The notes under the pieces are model-generated. The model saw nothing but the letters and a program-made list of their open reading frames with translations. It did no database searches and was not told the DNA's origin. A stretch of 32,000 nucleotides of DNA from Nostoc sp. PCC 7120 = FACHB-418. Its GTDB lineage: Bacteria > Cyanobacteriota > Cyanobacteriia > Cyanobacteriales > Nostocaceae. The translations under genes and the position numbers were made by a program. The stretch covers positions 2,070,001 through 2,102,000 of the forward strand of contig NC_003272.1 in assembly GCF_000009705.1 (NCBI RefSeq), written 5' to 3'. Below are positions 24,970 through 32,000 of the stretch, piece by piece. How positions within the stretch are numbered: the stretch's first letter is position 1; the number at the start of each line of letters is the position of its first letter.

Positions 24970-26871
24970 ATGGCAAAAGTAGTTGGAATTGACTTAGGAA
25001 CAACTAACTCCTGCGTCGCAGTAATGGAAGGTGGTAAACCCACAGTTATTGCCAACGCAGAAGGTTTCCGCACCACACCGTCGGTAGTGGCATTTGCTAA
25101 AAACGGCGATACCCTAGTAGGGCAAATCGCCAAGCGCCAAGCGGTGATGAACCCCGAAAATACTTTCTATTCTGTTAAGCGCTTTATTGGTCGTCGCTAC
25201 GACGAAGTTACAAACGAAGCTACAGAAGTTTCTTACAAAGTCCTCAGCAGTGGCGGTAACGTTAAGGTAGACTCTCCTGGAGCCGGTAAACAATTTGCTC
25301 CAGAAGAAATTTCTGCCAAGGTTCTCCGCAAACTAGTGGAAGATGCTAGTAAATATCTTGGTGAAACTGTAACCCAAGCAGTAATTACCGTTCCCGCGTA
25401 CTTCAATGACTCCCAACGTCAAGCGACTAAAGACGCTGGTAAGATCGCTGGTATTGAAGTCATGCGGATTATCAACGAACCAACAGCCGCTTCTTTGGCT
25501 TACGGTTTTGATAAAAAGAGCAATGAAACCATCCTCGTATTTGACCTTGGTGGTGGTACATTCGACGTATCTGTCCTAGAAGTAGGCGACGGCGTATTTG
25601 AAGTATTGGCTACTTCTGGTGATACCCACCTTGGTGGTGACGACTTCGATAAAAAAATCGTTGATTTCCTAGCTGAACAGTTTAGAAAAGACGAAGGTAT
25701 TGACCTCCGCAAAGACAAACAAGCACTGCAACGCTTAACCGAAGCAGCAGAGAAAGCCAAGATTGAGCTTTCCAGCGTGACCCAAGCAGAAATCAACCTT
25801 CCATTCATCACCGCTACCCAGGACGGCCCCAAACACCTGGATATGACTCTGACTCGCGCTAAGTTTGAAGAACTTTGTGCTGACTTGATTGACCGTTGCC
25901 GTATTCCCGTCGAACAGGCGCTACGGGATGCCAAACTCAAGAAAGAGAATATTGATGAAGTTGTTTTAGTTGGTGGTTCTACCCGTATCCCCGCCGTACA
26001 ACAACTCGTTAAGAATCTGTTAGGTAGAGAACCAAATCAAACTGTTAACCCTGATGAAGTTGTGGCAGTTGGCGCAGCGATTCAAGCAGGTGTACTGGGT
26101 GGTGAAGTTACAGGCATCTTGTTGTTAGATGTAACACCATTATCCTTGGGTGTAGAAACCTTGGGTGGTGTGATGACCAAGATTATCCCCCGTAACACCA
26201 CAATTCCTACCAAGAAATCAGAAGTATTCTCTACCGCCGTGGATGGTCAAACCAACGTGGAAATTCACGTCCTCCAAGGTGAGAGGGAATTTGCTAACGA
26301 TAACAAGAGCTTGGGAACCTTCCGCCTTGATGGTATTCCCCCAGCACCACGAGGTGTTCCCCAAATCGAAGTGGTATTCGACATTGATGCTAACGGTATC
26401 CTGAACGTCACCGCTAAGGACAAAGGTACTGGTAAGGAACAGTCCATCAGTATTACTGGTGCTTCCACTCTGGATAAAACTGACATTGACCGCATGGTGA
26501 GAGAAGCGGAACAAAACGCTTCATCTGACAAAGAACGCCGGGAAAAAATTGAGCGTAAAAACCAAGCCGATTCTTTGGCTTACCAAGCTGAGAAGCAGCT
26601 ACAAGAATTGGGGGATAAAGTCCCCGAAGCGGATAAAACCAAAGTTGAAGGTTTAGTGAAAGACCTGCGGGAAGCGGTTGCTAAGGAAGACGACGAGCAA
26701 ATCAAGAAACTGACCCCAGAATTGCAACAAGCATTGTTCGCAGTTGGTAGCAACATCTATCAACAAGCTGGTGGCGGTGCTGCACCAGGTGCGGCTCCTC
26801 AAGATGGCGGTACTACTTCATCTGATGGTGGTGATGATGTAATTGACGCTGATTTTACAGAGACTAAATAA
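24970..26871 (+). CDS. dnaK: Molecular chaperone DnaK (Hsp70)
   Basis: 633 aa. [44 protein letters not shown], and a Gly/Asp-rich C-terminus ending DADFTETK. Confidence 0.97.
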   Translation: MAKVVGIDLGTTNSCVAVMEGGKPTVIANAEGFRTTPSVVAFAKNGDTLVGQIAKRQAVMNPENTFYSVKRFIGRRYDEVTNEATEVSYKVLSSGGNVKVDSPGAGKQFAPEEISAKVLRKLVEDASKYLGETVTQAVITVPAYFNDSQRQATKDAGKIAGIEVMRIINEPTAASLAYGFDKKSNETILVFDLGGGTFDVSVLEVGDGVFEVLATSGDTHLGGDDFDKKIVDFLAEQFRKDEGIDLRKDKQALQRLTEAAEKAKIELSSVTQAEINLPFITATQDGPKHLDMTLTRAKFEELCADLIDRCRIPVEQALRDAKLKKENIDEVVLVGGSTRIPAVQQLVKNLLGREPNQTVNPDEVVAVGAAIQAGVLGGEVTGILLLDVTPLSLGVETLGGVMTKIIPRNTTIPTKKSEVFSTAVDGQTNVEIHVLQGEREFANDNKSLGTFRLDGIPPAPRGVPQIEVVFDIDANGILNVTAKDKGTGKEQSISITGASTLDKTDIDRMVREAEQNASSDKERREKIERKNQADSLAYQAEKQLQELGDKVPEADKTKVEGLVKDLREAVAKEDDEQIKKLTPELQQALFAVGSNIYQQAGGGAAPGAAPQDGGTTSSDGGDDVIDADFTETK

Positions 26872-26918
26872 TCTTGGTAATGATTTAAGATACATTAATT
26901 TGTACCTACTCAATATTA

Positions 26919-26954
26919 CCCACCCAAGCATTGACTTGGGTGGGAATTTTTTTT
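26919..26954 (+). terminator. Rho-independent terminator of dnaK
   Basis: CCCACCCAAG-cattga-CTTGGGTGGG followed by AATTTTTTTT. Confidence 0.85.
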
Positions 26955-26970
26955 ATGCGGTTTGTTAACA

Positions 26971-26998
26971 GTTGACCGTCAACCGTCAACAACCAACA
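26971..26998. repeat. Degenerate tandem heptamers (GTTGACC GTCAACC GTCAACA ACCAACA)
   Basis: Read directly between the dnaK terminator and the por stop codon. Confidence 0.6.
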
Positions 26999-27005
26999 CA
27001 AATTA

Positions 27006-28007
<1,002 letters not shown>

Positions 28008-28482
28008 CTATGTAATCGCCTTTTCCTATTTTCAGGATCTTACCTCAAGGAGTTGCTACCTCTGATTGGTTGATTACTGACTGTTACATAGAGTCACATC
28101 AATCTTAACTTTTAGTTCAAATTGCTTAATAAATCTGGTTGCCGTTTGGCAAAATTTAAAACTTTCTGAGCCAAGGTCAGGCTATTGACTCACATATAGG
28201 AATGATATCTGCATGAGAAATGGTATGTAGAAGGTGGGTGGTGCAAAATACCGTACTTCCTTGAAATGCTTGCTTTATCATCGAATATCTAATTCGTAAA
28301 CAAAATCTTAAGATACTATTCGCTTGCTCATCAGACCAATCAGTGAGTGATCCTCATAATGCGATCGCCGCAGGAAGACATTGTTTTCTCGTGGAAATGA
28401 GGAGTCCTTTCTGATTCCACATCTTCCAGAATGATGAGTGAGGGGGTACCCAAACCTGATAGATTAAGCTATCAGCGAGTAA

Positions 28483-29649
<1,167 letters not shown>

Positions 29650-29685
29650 AAATAACACTGAAGCAAAAAGCTTTTTTGTTCTTCC

Positions 29686-29746
29686 AGGGTGTAAAAGTAT
29701 GAGATTTTTCAACATCTAAACTCTCATACCTTTACACCCTATTTTT
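29686..29746 (+). terminator. Long-stem terminator of sqdB
   Basis: AGGGTGTAAAAGTATGAGA (29686-29704) pairs with TCTCATACCTTTACACCCT (29722-29740). The stem is 19 bp with one mismatch and is followed by ATTTTT. Confidence 0.75.
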
Positions 29747-29927
29747 AGATCAGAAAAAGCTATAGCTGTCGCCAGTAGTGTTAGGACATCAATAGATGAT
29801 ACAACCTAGACACAAAAAGACTTTTCACCCAGTACCCAGTCCCTAATCCCTAGCTATATCTTTATGTTTCGTTGTAGATTTTCCCTTGAGGCAGAACCAT
29901 ATTGTCTAGACTCCCTAATCCCCATTC

Positions 29928-30584
29928 TTAAAAACGGCGTTCTAGAATTGCCTTGATGTTAGGGATAGCGGCGGCGATGGATGCAAAATCTGGGGTGGTT
30001 TGTTGCCAACTTTCTCGCTCTTCTAGTCGTTCCGCCCAGGCTAGCAGACGGGGGTAATCATCTAAAGAGAACCCAAAAAGGGGGAGAGAAGGAATCAACG
30101 TACCTGCAACCACTTCTGCCAGTGTGAAATCTTTGCCTGCAAAGTAAATCTGTTCACCTAAAAGAGTTTCATAAAACTGTAAAATTTTCGCTACTGCCTC
30201 TTGAGCCGATACGAGTTTTTTGGCATCGGTATCTAATTCTACTAATGGCCGAGTCAAGATGACTGTAGCAGGCTGAAGCTCGCTGATTGTGATCATTTCT
30301 ACCATACGAACTGTAGCGATCGCTCCAGGCTCACTAGGAATCAACGAGGGAGTAGGATATTTTGTCTCTAGATAATCCAAAATTGCCAAAGATTCTATCA
30401 CCCGTAAGCCATTATCCACTATCACAGGTACGCGCTGGAGGGGATTAATTGCCGTGAATTCCTCTTGAAACTGATCACCATTGAGATTCAACAACAATGG
30501 TTCAAAAGGGATTTGTTTTTCTAGTAAGGCTACCCAAACTCGACGAGCATTAACAGAGATGGGATTGTAGTAAAACTTCAGCAT
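29928..30584 (-). CDS. Glutathione S-transferase family protein
   Basis: Thioredoxin-like N-domain (LKFYYNPISVNARRVWVALLEK...RVPVIVDNGLRVIESLAILDYLETKYP) plus a helical C-domain. The listed start is GTG; the adjacent ATG at 30584 is preferred. Confidence 0.85.
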   Translation of the reverse strand: MLKFYYNPISVNARRVWVALLEKQIPFEPLLLNLNGDQFQEEFTAINPLQRVPVIVDNGLRVIESLAILDYLETKYPTPSLIPSEPGAIATVRMVEMITISELQPATVILTRPLVELDTDAKKLVSAQEAVAKILQFYETLLGEQIYFAGKDFTLAEVVAGTLIPSLPLFGFSLDDYPRLLAWAERLEERESWQQTTPDFASIAAAIPNIKAILERRF

Positions 30585-30791
30585 CACAACCCTAAGTTAT
30601 AAACTACGCTCAGGGATTATATCCTTTCGTTAAGTGATTGTACAAAATACTGAAAAATCTAGCACAATAAAATTACAAGTTTTCCCTAAAATTCTTATTG
30701 CCCAAAACTTAATAGATTTTCTTTGGTGTGGTGTGGTTCGTGTTGATTCACAACTAGACTTACTTACCCGCAAACATTGAGAGGTGTCCTT

Positions 30792-31340
30792 ATGGATGCT
30801 AATAAACTTCTAGATCTATATAACGCAGGAGAACGAAAATTTCACAGAGCAAATCTGCATCAAGCTAACCTTTATGCTTTTGATTTGAGGGGGGCAAATT
30901 TTGCCGAAGCTGATTTAAGTGGAGCAAACCTTAGTCAAGCTAATTTGAGCGGATGTAATCTCAGTCGTGCTAATTTAACTGATGCAGACTTGAGTGGAGC
31001 TAACTTGAGTGGAGCTAACTTGAGTGAAGTCAACTTCATCGGTGCAGACTTAATTAGCACCAATTTAAAACAAAGCAATCTCAGTCGAGCAGATTTACGG
31101 GGTGCCAATTTAATTTTGGCAAACTTATTCAGTGCTAACCTGAGCGAAGCGGAAATGAGCGGTGCTGATTTAAGTGGCGCTAATCTCAAACAAGCAAACT
31201 TAATTGGTAGCAACGTCATGGAAGCAGAATTGAGAGGGGCAAATTTCTCTGGGGCTGTAATTACAGAGCAAGAAATCACTGGTAGAGTTTTGCGCTTAGG
31301 TCTCTCTCACAGATGGATAACTTGGGCTGGTTGTCATTGA
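30792..31340 (+). CDS. Pentapeptide-repeat protein
   Basis: About 28 consecutive A(D/N)LxG-type pentapeptides (ANLSGANLSQANLSGCNLSRANLTDADLSGANL...). ATG at 30792 with GAGAGG upstream; the listed ORF begins at TTG 30777. Confidence 0.9.
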   Translation: MDANKLLDLYNAGERKFHRANLHQANLYAFDLRGANFAEADLSGANLSQANLSGCNLSRANLTDADLSGANLSGANLSEVNFIGADLISTNLKQSNLSRADLRGANLILANLFSANLSEAEMSGADLSGANLKQANLIGSNVMEAELRGANFSGAVITEQEITGRVLRLGLSHRWITWAGCH

Positions 31341-31356
31341 CTCAGACAAAATACAC

Positions 31357-31415
31357 TAGGGTAACCAGAGTATCTGTTACCCTAATAAATCTGGGGCAGT
31401 CGTTGAAAAACTGCC
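31357..31415. terminator. Two adjacent hairpins between convergent genes
   Basis: TAGGGTAAC-(10 nt)-GTTACCCTA (31357-31384) and GGCAGT-(9 nt)-ACTGCC (31395-31415); the second is followed by a T-rich tract. Confidence 0.55.
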
Positions 31416-31450
31416 TCCTGTATTTTCATAGCTAGCTTGCTTGTACAATT

Positions 31451-31801
31451 TTAGTAAACCAAAGGAGTTGCACCGCGCATCTGACGGAAAGAGTTGATGC
31501 AAGCAGGACAGTCGCAACCAAACAAGGTAATTGCTATATCGCTTTCTGCATCGTTGAACTCCAACATAGGAGCATCTTCTTGGGAAAATTCTATTTCCGG
31601 CTCATAGTTAGGCACTTGGGCTAAAACAGAAGCCCTAGCACAGACCAAACCAACCTTATGTTTATTTCTGATACAAGATAACTTATCTGTGTTTTTGACT
31701 TCTGGCTCAATTGCTTGTGCATGATTGACCATAACTGTCATAGACAGAATAGATGCTATCAAAACGGGGCTAGAAATTAGAGTTAGGATAAATTTGTTCA
31801 T
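31451..31801 (-). CDS. Small secreted Cys-containing protein, unknown function
   Basis: 116 aa with ATG start and a signal peptide (MNKFILTLISSPVLIASILSMTVMVNHAQA). Contains a CDCPAC motif. No domain recognised. Confidence 0.55.
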   Translation of the reverse strand: MNKFILTLISSPVLIASILSMTVMVNHAQAIEPEVKNTDKLSCIRNKHKVGLVCARASVLAQVPNYEPEIEFSQEDAPMLEFNDAESDIAITLFGCDCPACINSFRQMRGATPLVY

Positions 31802-31965
31802 GGGTTTCCTTGGAAATTAATTCTGACAATTCAGAATACTCCGATTAAATCTTACAGTGATACTGATTGTCCATCAGGAGATTATGTTGCCTAGTCAGGA
31901 TTTTTGTCTAGGATAGGGCAAGCAAAAGTGACAATAGTGTTGTTACTTATTTATTGCGCTGCGCG

Positions 31966-31986
31966 TGTCAGTTGTCAGTTGTTGAA
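31966..31986. repeat. Tandem heptamers (TGTCAGT x2 plus a degenerate third)
   Basis: tgtcagttgtcagttgttgaa read directly near the right edge of the window. Confidence 0.6.
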
Positions 31987-32000
31987 AGGATCTGGTCTGG

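Noticed and set aside
24948-26531. Minus-strand ORFs inside dnaK (24948..25133, 25500..25940, 26218..26514, 26265..26531)
   Set aside because: They lie entirely antisense to an unmistakable Hsp70 gene. Their Ser/Arg-rich translations are typical of antisense frames, and they have no RBS or recognisable motif.
30935-31279. 114-aa minus-strand ORF opposite the pentapeptide-repeat gene
   Set aside because: It is a mirror image of the 15-nt periodic coding repeat. Its periodic LKxAP pattern is an artefact of the sense-strand repeat.

Overview
This 32-kb window looks like chromosomal DNA from a heterocyst-forming cyanobacterium (Nostoc/Anabaena type). By eye there are about two dozen perfect HIP1 octamers (GCGATCGC), several tandem heptamer (STRR-like) arrays and many small hairpin-forming dispersed repeats. 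Gene content fits: ndhM, light-dependent protochlorophyllide reductase, sqdB, dnaK, an S41 Ctp protease and a pentapeptide-repeat protein. I found no rRNA, tRNA or CRISPR array.

Layout:
- 1-2.2 kb: frameshifted RelE-type toxin, then a TetR regulator and SDR oxidoreductase with two related palindromic operators.
- 2.2-5.4 kb: class II aldolase, a polytopic membrane protein and a small secreted protein.
- 4.7-7.5 kb: an islet of mobile DNA, with a MITE-like element, an orphan terminator, a complete IS630-family element (TA duplication, A9 frame change), a solo IS end and small repeats.
- 7.5-14.5 kb: the most interesting region. An FHA-PrsW intramembrane protease, an acidic 214-aa ORF, a CHAT(caspase-like)-FHA protease and a zinc-ribbon/PP2C membrane phosphatase sit together. 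I read this as a candidate phosphothreonine-gated proteolysis module.
- 15-32 kb: mostly housekeeping genes: ndhM, a 93-aa ORF that may be the asr1734-type heterocyst regulator, a NarL-type response regulator, a GT2, Ctp, DUF218, a U32 protein, dnaK, por, sqdB, GST, a pentapeptide protein and a Cys-containing secreted protein.

A 43-nt dispersed hairpin repeat sits in frame inside the U32 gene. The same unit occurs between ndhM and the 93-aa ORF, where two further mini-elements are nested in it. From memory the gene order matches the Anabaena PCC 7120 all1731-alr1744 region; I cannot verify that here. All domain calls come from reading motifs by eye. No searches were run.
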